Part shown: positions 16,807 through 30,420 of the stretch, piece by piece
How the letters are laid out: every line of letters starts with the position of its first letter
How positions within the stretch are numbered: position 1 is the stretch's first letter
NCBI GenBank assembly: GCA_043228905.1
Contig: JBHGNT010000003.1
Location: 9,610,001-9,674,000 of the forward strand
DNA from: Azolla caroliniana
Taxonomy: Eukaryota > Plantae > Polypodiophyta
DNA length: 64,000 nt
Direction: 5' to 3'
The notes under the pieces: generated by a model
What the model was told of the DNA's origin: nothing
What the model saw: the letters and a program-made list of their open reading frames with translations, nothing else
Database searches by the model: none
Translations under genes and position numbers: made by a program

Positions 16807-19558
16807 TGTCACATTCTAGACTCAAACCTCTGACTTTGAACACACACAGTACATTGTGTTGTGTTAACCATATGGAAACTCTTGTGAACTATCCACATTC
16901 GATTGTGAACTTGTAGAGTCTAGTGTATGGTACATTTGAGAATATTATAGTCGTTAGTATATTCTAGAATTATTCTGTGGTTTATTCTAAACGGGTATAT
17001 GGTCAAGATATTTCTCGAGAAGATTCTAGAGATATTCAATCTTGGAAATTATATAAATACTTGTAACATCCTTGGTCCCTTTCAAGGGATTCAACACCAG
17101 TCATTGACACATCAATCTAGTATTCTCGTTTCTCCTCGTCTTATCTCATTGATCTTTATATTTGTCTCATTTCTAGCCTTGTCAGTTCTAGCTCTCTGTC
17201 TTCTAGCCTTGTGCTTAGTCCCAATCCACGCTTGGTGTGTCTGTGACAGTTTGAATCCCTTCAAACTGGGAGCACCACCCGTCTTCGTCATTGCCTTTGC
17301 TTCTAGAGTTACCATCATCACTGTCCTTGCTTCCGGAGTTACTGTCATCAACATCCTTGTCTTCGACGTCATCATTTTCAGCACCTCTTCGCCCAACCAT
17401 CGTCGTCATCAACACTACTTGTCATCAATTTTAGGTATCATTTTGCATCACGGTTTTGGTGAGGAGTGCTTTCGATTGCGCACCTTCCTAGTTCTGATGG
17501 GGGTCACAATGGCTCACTTTCCTGGTGGGGATCGGATAATTGCTCACTTGCACTACATTTTCGTTATAGTTAAAGTCTCGTGCCACTTTCTGTTGGCGAG
17601 GACTGATTTCGATCGCTCACCTTCTAGTTTTAGTGGGGGTCACAATCGCTCACTTTCCTGGTGGGGATCGCGTCGGTTTCTCGCTAACGCTATTGTTTGT
17701 GCCGTGTCTTGGGTCAACCCTAACTATTTACCCTCTCATAATAGAAGAAGTTGAGTCGACCGCTTCACTTGCACTCCTTCGCCCGTTGTTGTAGTTCTCA
17801 GTGAGGGCCACATGGTTGCTCATGTCCATTCGTGTTCAGTTCTCGGTGAGGGCCGAATGGTCGCTCACGCCCGTTCGTGTTCAGTTCTCGGTGAGGGCCA
17901 CATGGTCGCTCACGCCTGTTTGTGTTCAGTTCTCGGTGAGGGCTGCATGGTCGCTCATGTCCGTTCGTGTTCAGTTCTCGGTGAGGGCCGCATGGTCGCT
18001 CACATCTGTTCGTGTTCCAGTTCTCGGTGACGGCCTCATGGTCGCTCACGTTCGTTCATGTTCAATTCTCAGTGAGGGCCGCATGGTCGCTCACGCTCGT
18101 TCATGTTTTAGATGAGGACCACAAATGGTCGCTCACGTTCTAGTTCTCGATGAGGGCCACACATGGTCGCTCATGTTCGTTCGTGTTCTAGTTCTTGGTG
18201 ACGGCCACATGGTCGCTAATGCCTGTTCGTGTTTTCGATGAGGACCGCAAATGGTCGCTCATGTTCTAGTTCCCGATGAGGGCCACACATGGTCGCTCAC
18301 GTCCGTTCGTGTTCCAGTTCTTGGTGAGGGCCGCATGGTCGCTCACACCCATTCGTGTTTTCGATGAGAACCGCAGATAGTCACTCACGTTCTAGTTCCC
18401 GATGAGGGCCACATGGTCACTCATGCCCATTCGTGTTCTGTTCTCAGTGAGGGCCGCATGGTCGCTCACTCCAGCTATTGTTCGTGTTCCAAATCCTGGC
18501 GAGGATCGCCATGGTTGCTCATGCATGTTGTTGTTCATGTTCTAGTTCCCGGTGAGGACCACACATGGTCGCTCACACTCATTGGTGGTTGTGTTCCAAC
18601 TCTCGGGGAGAACCGACAACTATTGTTCATGTTCCAAATCCCGGTGAGGATCGCCATGGTTGCTCATGCATGTTGTTGTTCATGTTCCAGTTCCTGATGA
18701 GGACCACACATGGTCGCTCACGCCCATTGGTGGTCGTGTTCCAACTCTCGGGGAGAACCGACATGCTCTCTCATGCCTGTTGGTGTTCGTGTTCCCCATG
18801 AGGACCACACATGGTCACTCACGCCCATTGGTATTCGTGTTCCAGTTCCCGACGAGGACCGCACATGGTCGCTCATGCATGTTGGTGTTCGTGCTCCCCG
18901 TGAGAACCGCACATGGTCGCTCACGCCTGTTGGTATTCATGTTCCAATCCTGGGCGAGGACCACGCATGGTCGCTCATGCCCGTTGGTGTTCAATACCTC
19001 GTCTTCTGGAAGGGTTACTCATTGTCTAGGATTTACAAAATACTTTGGAAGCGGTTTAAGATTTTCATCAATAGTATCCCCTTAAGCTGACGACCGGTTT
19101 GGGAAGGCGACGTAAGAGGGGGGATAATATCACATTCTAGACTCAAACCTCTGACTTTTAACACACATAGTACATTGTGTTGTGTTAACCATATGGAAAC
19201 TCTTGTGAATTGTCCACATTCGAACTTGTAGAGTCTAATGTATGGTACATTTGAGAATATTTTAGTTGTTAGTATATTCTAGAATTATTCTGTGGTATAT
19301 TCTAAACGGGTATATTGTCGAGATATTTCTCAAGAATATTCAATCTTGGAAATTATATAAATACTTGTAACATCCTTGGTCCCTTTCAAGGGATTCAACA
19401 CTTGGTCCAATCATTGACTCATCAATCTAGTATTCTTGTTTCGCCCCCTCTTGTCTCATTGATCTTTATCTTTGTCTCATTTCTAGCCTTGTCAGTTCTA
19501 GCTCTCTATCTTCTAGCCTTGTGCTCGGTCCCAGTCCACGCTTGGTGTGTTCGTGATA
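16807..19558 (+). mobile_element. Non-autonomous chromovirus-derived LTR element (LTRs 16807-17248 and 19128-19558)
   Basis: TGTCACA...TGTGACA termini; TSD GTGGG/GTGCG; PPT AAGAGGGGGGATAA at 19114-19127; chromodomain remnant QYLVFWKGY at 18992-19018; no gag or pol. Confidence 0.92.
17790..18990. repeat. Internal tandem array of 36-54 bp units (core ATGGTCGCTCA)
   Basis: About 25 units. The first are 45 bp, followed by a 46+42+38 higher-order pattern and then ~53 bp units. Confidence 0.95.
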
Positions 19559-20138
19559 GTGCGCATCCACATAAAATGGAACTATCATGTGCCTACATGG
19601 ATTTGTATATAACACTCTCATCTGTAAAATTTTATAACTAATGGAAGGAGTTTTGTTTGGAAAAAATAAACTTTAGTAAATATGAATATGAATGAAAATG
19701 ATGACCTTGACATGTTTGTCAAAATTTAGAGACTTCGCCTTGATGATGTGATCCTTTTAGGACTTAGTTTGCCAAATTCCATTCAATCTGCCCTCTTGTT
19801 AGCCACCCTATCCCCATCACCACAACCATTTATAAGCACAAAATCCACATCAGCCAACATTAAGCACATCAATCTCACAAGAAAGCATACTTCATAGGGC
19901 AATAAATCAACCCTCATCTCACACTACACTTTATTTCAAGCATTCAAAATACAAAAAGAAATCTTACAATAAACCTAGATAAACATACTAATCTACTAAC
20001 TCTAAATTTTATTCAAGGACCTCTAAATTTAATGATTCAAGAAATCATAACAAATCTAGGTTCCTTAAATCATTTTGCGAAAATTGTCAAAGGAGTGGAA
20101 ACAAAAGATTGTTAAACACCAAGACATTTGAAACAAGT

Positions 20139-23100
20139 AATATGTCATGTTCTCTTTTTTACTTCTAGGGAGATTTTAAAAAATGACTCATTTTAGCACA
20201 ATGTCACAATGGTATGATGCATGCATACATGATTTCTTAAAACATCCCAAAATTCTCAACTATGAAAGTTTATAGTTTCATAATCTATCTGTCATGTTCT
20301 TTTATCCAATTTGGAGATAAGGAATGGAATTCCATGTAAGCTTAATTGTACTAACCTCAATTTTACAAATTATGAAAATGGTACCCCATTGAAGAAATTT
20401 TACAATGCTAAATTTATGTCTATTTATATAGAACGTGTCTCTTAGTATTAAATGCAATCCACTATGTTATTAATTTGTCTCAAAATGTAGACCATTGTTC
20501 TCAACTTGTTGTTATGTTAAGAACTTTATTTCAGAAAAAACCTGTTGTAACTTTATTTCGAACCAAGATGCATTACCACGAAAGAGAGGACCATTGGCAA
20601 TCCACATATTTGGTTTTTTATTTGCATTTTAAAATTATGTGCGGAGTTTGCAGTTGTATGGAAAGATTTAATAATTCCCATAAAATGAGTATTTCTTAGC
20701 AAAAAAAGGTGGTGAAAACTGCACAAAATGGAGGGCTAACTACATAGAAACTAGGGGAAATTTTGTATATTTTCAAATCTGATGCAATGCATCAGATTTT
20801 TGTTGCAAATCCAACACTTACAACAAGAATCCATTGAACTACATTAGATACTAGATGTATAGTAATCCAATGCAATGCATCATGGTTCTAAGTCATGCTT
20901 CTTGTTTGTCTTTGTGTTGTGTCTCGAGCCAAATTTAGGATCTGATGCACTATATCGGATTTTCAACTGGAAAAATTTTGAAAAAATAAAAAACCTTGGA
21001 TTTTCAACTAGAATCTGATGCAATGCATTGGATTTCAGTTGAAAACCTAAGATTTTTTAAAAAATTTTGAATTTTTTCCATAATAAAAAAATAATTGCAT
21101 TTTTAGCTAAAATACGATGCACTACATTGTATTTTAGTCTATACAGTTAGAATCTAGTACAACGCATTGGATTAAAGTCGAAAATCCATTTTTCTTTTAT
21201 TTTTTCCAATCTTTTTATTTCTTTTATTTTTTCCATAAAAAATAAAAAACTAAAAAACTAAAAAAATGGATTTTCAACTGAAATCTGACGCACCACATTG
21301 GATTTTAGTCTATACCGCTAGCATTCGATGTAGTGCATAAGAGTTTAGTTGAAAATCCTTTTTCTTTTTAATTGTTTTTCATTTTACTGATAAATAAAAA
21401 AAATATTTTAAAAAATGGATTTCCAACTGAAAATCTAATTTTCTTTTAGTTTTTTCATTTTTTTCATAAAACAATGAAAGAACAAAAAAAAATTGGATTT
21501 TCAACGGAAATATGACGTAGTGCATCGGATTTCCATTGGAACTTCATGATTTTCAAGCGAAATCCGATGCACTACATCAGATTTTCGTTGAAAATCTATC
21601 ATTTTCAATGGCGAAATCACCCACATTTCTATAAGAAAATATAAAAACAATGTATTTCCAACTGGAATCTGATGCACTACATCGGCTCAGATTCCAGTTG
21701 GAAATCCAAAATTTTATTATTTATGGAAAAATGCAAAAAAATAAGAAAAATTTGATTTAAAAAAAATGGATTTTCAACTGAAATCGGATTCTAGTTATAT
21801 AGACTAAAATCCGATGTAGTGCATCAGATTTCATTTTTTCAATTTTTATTTATTTATTTATGAAAAAAATGGAAAAAGAAGAAGAAGATTCTCAACTGAA
21901 ATTTGATGCACTACATCAGATTCTAGTTGTATAGACTAAAATCCGATGCAATGCATTGGATTTCAGTTGAAATTCCATTTTTTCAATTGTTTTTATTTAT
22001 TTATGGAAAAAATTCAAAAAATCAGATTTTCAACTAAAATCTGATGCACTGCATTAGATTCTAGCTGTATAGACTAAAATCTGATGCAGTACGTCAGATT
22101 TCAGTTGAAAATCCATTTTTTTATAAGTTTCTTTATATTTTTATGGAAAATATATATAACAATCAAATTGTTTTTTAAGAAGTAGATTTTCAACTGAAAT
22201 GCAGTGCATTGCATCGGATTTTAGTTGTATAGACTAAAATTTTCTGCAATACATTGAATTTCAGTTGATAATACATTGTTTTAATTTTTTAATTTGTTAT
22301 GAAAAAATGAAAACAAATAAAAAAAACTTGGATTTTCAATTGAAATCCAATGCAATGCATCAGATTCTAGATGTATAGAGTAAAACAATGTAGTGCATTG
22401 GATTTGATTTGAAAATCAAAGATTTTTTAAATTTATTTCATTTTTTAAAGATATTTTAAAAGTGGATTTTCAACTGAAATCCAATGTAATGTATCATATT
22501 TTAGTCTATATAGCTAGAATTCGATGCAATGCGTTGTCTCAATTGAAAATCCAAGAGTTTTTTTTTTTAATGGAAAATTAAAAAAAAAATCCAAGACTTA
22601 CAATAGGAATCCCATGCACTACATCGTATTCTAGATGTATAGAGTAAAATTTGACGTAGTGTATCAGATGTGGATGGAATGCATCGGATTTTTGTTTGAG
22701 ATCACTATGAGAATCTAAAAAAAACGAAAAAGCATCTTTACTACATTTTTTAGATTCTAATGATTTTGGTAGAATAAACCGTAGCTTGTACGTTTCTCTC
22801 ACATAATCAAATATCGTAAATAGAAAGTACATAATTAAATATCATAAACAAAAAGTGAAGAAGAAATAATGCATCAAGCACGTCTACACTCACATTGGAT
22901 AATGTTTATATACTAGTGTATGACTTACCTTTGACCAAAACAATCTATCTATGACAAACCACAATGAAGATACCGAAAGAGAAGATCTTGAATGTGGCTC
23001 CAGACACAACACAAAGACAAACAAGAAGCATGACTCATAACCATGATGAGGTTGGATTGCAATTGGATGAAGGAAATGCTTTAGTTGCCACTAATGATGA

Positions 23101-23454
23101 GGATGAGACCTCACAAACTCCTACTAGTTCATCTGATGGGTATGAAGACGATGGCATAAACTTGGAAAACGATTGTTATGATACAATTAACTATAAATAT
23201 TGTATTGTACATCAAGATTTGGAGTCATGAATTTCTATAAATATTGGTGTTAGTAATTTTGGACATTCGTTTGTAAATTTGGCATGCCCATTATTTCTTG
23301 GCATTTTTTTGAACACCGAAATTTTTGTACATGCTAGAAATCAATACATTTTTGGGTCATTTTTTAAAATCCTTCATGCATGAGGCACCCCTTTTTGTGA
23401 ATCGCCCTAATTTGTGGCATTTTTTGATGGACAGTTCTCAAAATGCGACATATT
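20139..23454 (+). mobile_element. Non-autonomous TIR DNA transposon related to the element at 50552-54549
   Basis: Splits the Copia zinc knuckle (KQV|TYFKC). Ends AATATGTC...GACATATT. The protein remnant at 22900-23170 (LVYDLPLTK...KEK...QRQTRS...DEGNALV) is homologous to 50920-51170. TSD not resolved. Confidence 0.65.
20775..22700. repeat. Array of ~25 palindromic motifs AAATC(C/T)GATGCAnTGCATC(A/G)GATTT in A/T-rich spacers
   Basis: Examples at 20775, 21560, 21808, 21938 and 22343; often paired within ~120-140 bp higher-order units. Confidence 0.9.
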
Positions 23455-26400
23455 ACCTATTTCAAATGTCCTGGTGTTTGTTATAGGAATTCTAATAATA
23501 AGGGGAAAGAACATATAAACAAGACCACTCTTACAAAGCATCACACGATGACTATGATCAAGATAATGATATATGTCATAGTGACCAAAATTTTGATGAG
23601 GACAATGAAGATTCCTTCATTGCCTTTATGGCCCTCACTTCGTTTAACCACACTCCCACTTCAATGTGGATTCTTGATACATGTGCTACATGTCACCTCA
23701 CCTCAAGGGTTGAATGGTTGAAAAACTATAAGCCCTTAGAACATCCCTTCCTAGTGAGATTTGGTAATGATGGGGTTGAACACACCCTTGGACATGGGTC
23801 TGCCCATCTTGAACTTTCTAATGGGAACTTCATTGAAGTCAATGAAGTTTATTATATACCTAATATAGCAAAAAACTTGATATCTGTCAATAAACTCACA
23901 TATGATAACACATGTGTCATTCTTCATAAGAAACCCTCTAGTCGAGGTTATGTCATTAATTGTCCAAGACAAGGATGTCTTTACCTATTAGGCCGCTCTA
24001 TGGTGCCCATTGAAGAAGCACACCATATAGATGATTCAAACACATCAAACTATGCGATTGTACTATGGCACTATCTATTAGGTCTCTTAAACCATCAAAC
24101 AATGGTTCACATGGCCCGACAATATATAACAGTTGATTTTACCCTTCCTCAAAAATCGAAACTATCCCTTTATGAAGGGTGTATCTTTGGAAAGCTCTCT
24201 TACTCACCATTTCTTTCACATCCTACAACGACTAGTTAATCCCGCCAAATATATGTGGTCCTTTGTCTACTCCATCCCTATCTGGAAATGTATATTTCTT
24301 AACATTTATCAATTACTTGTTTCACAATGGTCACTTTTCTAAAGACAAAATCTAGTGATCAAGTCCTTGAAAAATTCAAAGCCTACCATAAAGTTGTAAC
24401 AAATCGACAAGATTTATCCCTTAAAGCACTTCAGTCAGATAATGGTGGATAATTCAAGTTCCAAAGTTACTTCCAAACTTATTGCCAAAACCATGGGATT
24501 CAACAACGGATTACAATCCCTTATACACCTCAACACAATTCATGGGCTGAATGACAAAACCAGTTGTATATGGATGCAATTTGTTGCATGCTCGTTATTG
24601 CAAACCTTCCCCAAACATATTGGGAAGAGGTTGTTTCGACCACTTGTTATATATTCAATAAAACATATAGTAGATCAATTATGACAACTCCATTTTCTTT
24701 GTGGTTTGGGAAAAGTCCAAATTATGAAAATCTAAGAATATTTGGATGTCCAACTTATGCACTCGTACCCTTAGACACTCGATCAAAATTAGATAATCAC
24801 GCGGTTCACACAATATTCGTTGGGTATGGCAAACCTCATGGTTATAAGGGTTATCGATTATATGATACAAAATCCAAAAGGTTTATATTCAGTCGATGGG
24901 TGATATTTGACAAAGATAACCTACTATCTGATTGTCACCCACAACATGGACTTGAAAAGATACAAGACATAACTACTATATCAAACCTGTCCAACACCAA
25001 ATCTAACAAAGAAGTAATATCATCACCTAGTAATTCTTGGCAAACTCTGCCAACTTCCTTGGAAATCCAACAAGTCACAATTGATCCCCTGCCAATTAAT
25101 CCTCTTACATTAACGTCCTCATCTCTAGAGACCCACCCACAAGTTTCACCTTCAACCAATGACTCTAACTTATCACCTTTGATAACCAAACAATCACAAC
25201 AAATTGATTTACGTGCCCCAATTTTAAACACTAATCCTACCCAAACTAGAAAGATCCTTAATCATCACCAAAATATTCATAAGGAGAAACCTTTAGATGG
25301 AACACAACTAACTCACATTGATTATTCATGTTCCCATCCTTGCAAAAATTCCATTGTTCAATTATGAAGATAATCACGCCTTAATGGCAAGGAGAAAGCC
25401 ATTGGTCACAAGGATGCAAAAGTAATTAAAATATGATGTAGAAATACTTCATGTTCCAATAGTAAACAATATGTAGAACATACAAATAGTTCTGACATTG
25501 CAAAATACCTAGTTCACTTACCCTACATCCACTCCACAGAAAGTTCGCACTATTCAAGATCTCTATGATCACATCAACAAAATAGATCTTCTTATTGTGG
25601 GCCATATTGAAACTGAGTTTGCATTCTTGGCACTTGGTTCCCCCGCATCACATCAGACGTTTCTAATGATCCGTTAACTATCAATGAGGCATTGCAAAGT
25701 CCAGATCGTGTTGAATGGCAAACCGCCATGGAGAGAGAACTTGAATCTCTCGATGCCAACAAAACATGGACTCTAGTACCACTCCTAACAGGATGCTCAC
25801 CTATCTCATGCAAATGTGTGTTGAAGAGAAAACTAAACCTTGATGGTACCATTGCATGTTACAAAGCTCAACTTGTGGCTTGCGGTTTCTCTCAAGTCGA
25901 AGGACTTGACTATTCTGAGGCATTCTCACTTGTTCTCCGCATGGCATTGTTTCTATTGGACCTAATGGCTCTACTACCATTCTTGACCTCGAGGTACATC
26001 ATTTGGATGTACAAACAACATTTCTACATGGTGATTTACTAGAAGAAAACTAGATGTCATAACCTCTTGGCTTTGAGTCACATTCCCAACCAAACTATGT
26101 TTGTCGGCTATATCAATCTCTTTATGGACTCAAACAATCTCCTAGATTATGGTTTCAAAACTTCAATTTCATGCTCTCACATGGCTATTGTAGACTATTA
26201 TTGGAAACAAATATATACATTAGACATAATCATACATCTAATCGGTTGTTAGTGGTAACTCTATATGTGGATGACATTCCTATAGTTGGAACAACATCTA
26301 AAATTACTCAAGCGAGGCTAGAACTTTCAAAAACAGATTTTAGGTCCCCTATCATATTTCCTAGGCATACAAGTTACTCCTAATCGTAGGCTGGGCACTT

Positions 26401-26635
26401 TGACCATTCATCAAAATAAATTCATTAATGAAAATTTGAAATCCTTTGGCATGCTAAACATTAAACCTTGTACTACTCCCTTGTCATTGACACGTAACTT
26501 AACTGTATAAGATGGCCAAACCACAAAAAGAGATATTGATTTTATGAAGAATTTTCCTTTTAAAACAATTAATAAGAAAGCTTCGATATTTAGTTACAAG
26601 AACTCATCCTAACCTTCTGTCTTGCAATTAATTAT

Positions 26636-27085
26636 TGTTGGCCAGTGGCTAGAGTATGAAAAGTAGTCAGGGGGAGAGCCGGTTTCGTAATTATTAAAAA
26701 TTAGTATTTAAGGATAATAGGAACGGGTGGATCCGGAAAGGATGTACCGATCCAGATCCGGACCGGTTCGTAGCCAGTTGCCGGTTTGGCACCGTTTTGT
26801 AAACAAAACCGGATACCTATAAAAGGATCCGAAGAATGATATATATGGAGGTGGAATTAATATAAGAGAGTTTTGTTACTATGGTGTATCTGTCAATTCC
26901 GTGTTGTGCTTATTGTCTTTATCTTACACGTGTAATCAACCATATGTCATTGTCTATTCAGAATCGATCCAGAAGTGTCGGTTACGATCAAATCGGAGTC
27001 GGATCCTTACCCCGTAACCACCCCTTTGGTGAAGTGATCTAGAAGGACACCCTGTGTTAGCGGCTAGTCCAACCCAGGAGTAACA
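26636..27085 (+). mobile_element. Solo LTR (450 bp)
   Basis: TGTTG...TAACA ends; perfect 5-bp TSD ATTAT; TATAAAA at 26818. Removing it restores the Copia RT sequence AINYLSRFMH. Confidence 0.92.
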
Positions 27086-27321
27086 ATTATCTTTCACGCT
27101 TTATGCATAGCCCCGGTCTTATGCATTAGAAATCACTTTAGAGAGTTATGCGATATCTAAAACACATGTTTAAATATGGATTAACATATAAACGATACCA
27201 ATCTGAAAGACCAATCACTAGTTGGTTGGTTTGATTCAGATTTGGGGGGCATTGATTCTCGAAGATTTACTACTAGTTTTTCTTTTATAATGGTAGGAGC
27301 AATAATGAATTGTCAATAAAA

Positions 27322-28890
27322 TGTTGAGAATTGACCGGCCTCAACCGGTTTCACGTATGCGTTCGGGTGCATAGAAAACAAGCAAGGTAATGCACAGACA
27401 GAAAATGGAGGGGCAAAAAACAAAATAAAACAAAGAGAACAGAGACACCAAAGTTTAACGTGGAAAACCCGGAAGAGAAAAACCATGGGGGTCCACAAAC
27501 CCCAAGAAACGGAATCACTAAGTAGAGAGGAGTACAATAAGAAACTTGGAGGCAACGACCTCGAGATCTTCTTCGTCAACAGACGACTGCAGAGTTACAC
27601 TCTAGCTCTCACACACTTTCTCTCGCACAGTTATAGAGGCAACTACCTCGTTCTAACTTTACAACAATGATCAACTACACCTTACTAAAGTTTGCCCTAG
27701 TTGTATATATACTTATACAACTTTATGGCTATTTACATACATAGCCCACATGGGGCACATTCTAACTATTTACAAATATAGTCTCCCAAGTTGGCTATAT
27801 CCTTGATTTCGGTTTCGGCCTCAACCGAGATACTCATCAACTCAACTCTTCTCTTACCATCTAGAGGGACCTATTTCCCAACAAACTCCCCTTTCACTCC
27901 GGCATGGGTTACTTCACCAAACTGACTCTCTATCAACACGCGTTTAGCTTTTCGGCTGACAGCACCTTCGTCAGCATATCTGATCCATTTTCGGCTGTGT
28001 GGATCTTCATCAGAGAAAAGTCCTTCTCTTATACTCGCTCTCGGAGCCAATGGTATCTCCTCTAGATGTGCTTGGTTCTCGAGTGGTAGGTAGCATTCTT
28101 GGCAAGATGGATGGTGCTCTAATTATCGAAGTAGAGTTGAAATTCTTCCTACCGAACTCCCAACTCACCGATAAAATCCTTCATCCATGTTATTTCCTTG
28201 CCGGCTTCCTCTGTGGCCATGTACTCGGTTTTCGTGGTCAACAACTCCACGGCCTTCTGCAACCTTGACTGCTGCAAAACAGCTCCCCCTGCATAAGTCA
28301 TTACGTACCCGGACGTGGATCAACTGGTATCCACATTAACTGACATCTCCGAGTCAATATAACCTTCTAGTGTGGGGTTACCCGAGCCAAATCGAAGACA
28401 CACATTCGAGGTGCCTTTCAGGTACCGAAGTATCCAGTTCACGACAACCCAATGCTCTCTTCCGGGGTTGCTCATATATCGTCTTGCCACTCTGATTGCG
28501 TATCCTATGTTTGGCTTGATACATACCATCGCGTACATCAAGCTTCCAACTGCCGAGGCATAAGGGAGTTTTGACATCTCGGCCTTCTCGGTTTTCAATT
28601 TCAGACATTGACCTTTGCTTAGCTTGCAGTTTGTCGGCAGTCTCAAGCCGACCGGTTTTGCGCTTTCCATGCCGAATCTCTAGAGCACTTTTGTCATGTA
28701 CTTCTCCTGTGACAACCATAACAATTTCTTTGTTCGATCCCGAACAATGTGCATTCCAAGGATTTGTCTTGCCGGACCCATATATTTCATCGAGAATGAC
28801 CTACTCAAGGCCTTCTTCAAGCTTCCGATTTTCTTTTCCTATCTGGCAATCAACATGTCTCCAACATACAACAGGAGGATGAGAAATCAC
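27322..28890 (-). mobile_element. Truncated Ty1/Copia: RT/RNase H plus PPT and 3' LTR (27322-27883)
   Basis: LPYASAVGSLMYAMV...WILRYLKGT on the minus strand; purine tract at 27884-27900 next to a TG...CA LTR. Confidence 0.9.
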
Positions 28891-28899
28891 CTCCATCAT

Positions 28900-29142
28900 A
28901 CTTCGCACTGTCAAGAATGGAGGCCGAATACAGGGGCGCAACAGTCACCGCGTGCAAAGCTGTCTGGCTCAAACACATCTTGAAGGACCTGGGCGTTCCC
29001 ATCACGGATCCAATTCGCCTCTTTTGCAACAATATGAGCAGCATCTATCTCGCTCGGCATCCGGTATTCCATGCGTGGACTAAACACATCGAAGTGCACT
29101 ATCACTTTATTCGCGAACGCATTCAGGCTGGTGATATCGATT
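28900..29142 (+). mobile_element. Copia RNase H fragment
   Basis: EAEYRGA...FHAWTKHIEVHYHFIRE. Confidence 0.88.
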
Positions 29143-29616
29143 GCCCCATAGGTCAATCTTAGAGAAGATCCACCCAGTTCGGAGTCAATCCAACAACTCT
29201 GGGACGAGAGGTAGTGGGTAGTGGTTGCAAACAGTAATCTTGTTTTGACCCCAACAGTCGACGTAGAGGCATAAGGAGCCATCTATCTTTTTCAAGGACA
29301 AAATAGGAGCTCATGCTTGTGTTTTTTAGGGTTGAATAAAACCCTTTTCAAGGTTCTCGTCAAGATAAGTTCGGAGTGCCTAGAGTTATGGTTTTGACAA
29401 CCCATAAATTGGGTTGAAGGGAGGACTGGCAACTTCTTGCAGATTGATCAGACAGTCATAGGGTCGATGCTTGGGCAAGCAATCAACATTCTTTTTCTGA
29501 AACACGTTGTCGTGAAGATTTTCAGCAACGGTGTGAAAATCGTGAGGAACGGACAAAATCGAGAAGGTGCAATATGCATGTGTGGAAGGGATGATGGTCA
29601 CACACCTACGCTAGCA

Positions 29617-30093
29617 TGTTGTAAACAGGAACGAAATGAGAATTGGAAAAGAAAGGCTAGATGTAAGGTTAAACATGTGCACATGTAATGTGCGCTCAAA
29701 CATTTGTAGACTAAAGCCTAGTAACATTTGAGTGAATACAAAGGGGTGCAAGCAAGGTTTTGCACCTCCAAGATAAAAGACAAATTGACTTACCACTAAA
29801 GTTACTACTAAATGCTTTAGATTTTGTACATTGTCTTTTCAAATTCAATATTCCATAGGAAACAAACATATAACAACCGTGTGGACAAAACCATGGTTTA
29901 GCCCGTGGGTTTTAGCCCATAGTTTTAGCCCGTGGTTTTAGCCTATTGTTTTGGCATGGAGAGACCTATAAAAGCCTCTAGTTGGGCTTGTGTAAGAGGG
30001 GCAAGCTATGTATTGAAGGAAGAAACTACTAATAAAAGATCTAGTTATCTTATTGGTGATGTATCTTGTCTTTCAAAATTGATGTCAAGGCTT

Positions 30094-30130
<37 letters not shown>

Positions 30131-30420
30131 CATCGATCTATCTTAAATACTTTCTTGCTTATGCTAGTACAAACTTTGAATCCTTCTGGTCCAGGACCCC
30201 GGTGATCTCACTTCATTTTGTGAACACACGAGGATTTCCTCGAAAACATCCCCGAAGTCTTCATACTTGGTCGGTAGTTTTCTTCATTGGATTGCTCGAC
30301 TCAGAGGCACTATGCACTATTTTCCTCATTGTAACAGGAACGTGAACCCTTGGAGCTGATTCCCGCTTTAATGGAAGGGTGAGCACCTAACCCGATTTGT
30401 GCCATATTGTTGCTGCAACA
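29617..30420 (+). mobile_element. Probable solo LTR
   Basis: TGTTG...CAACA ends; TATAAAA near 29967; imperfect TSD (TAGCA/TGACA). Interrupts the protease-RT linker of the host element. Confidence 0.55.

Larger units (their letters stand above)
19640..27315 (+). mobile_element. Degenerate Ty1/Copia element interrupted by two insertions
   Basis: Gag-like remnant 19640-20138; protease WILDTCATCH; GAG-pre-integrase LWHYLLG; integrase LRIFGCPTYA; RT WTLVP...YVDDI. Domain order PR-INT-RT. Confidence 0.88.

Noticed and set aside
16999-17754. 251-aa hydrophobic ORF resembling a membrane or env protein
   Set aside because: It runs through the LTR TATA/R/U5 and the PBS and starts at a non-ATG codon; T/C-rich LTR sequence explains the hydrophobicity.
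17790-18990. CRISPR-like array or repeat protein (RELNTNGHERPCGPH)n
   Set aside because: The intervening sequences are homologous to each other rather than unique spacers, there are no cas genes, and unit lengths of 38, 46 and 53 bp break any reading frame.
20775-22700. CRISPR-like palindromic repeats with spacers
   Set aside because: Spacers are low-complexity A/T tracts or recurring sequence, the repeats are degenerate, and the context is a eukaryotic transposon.
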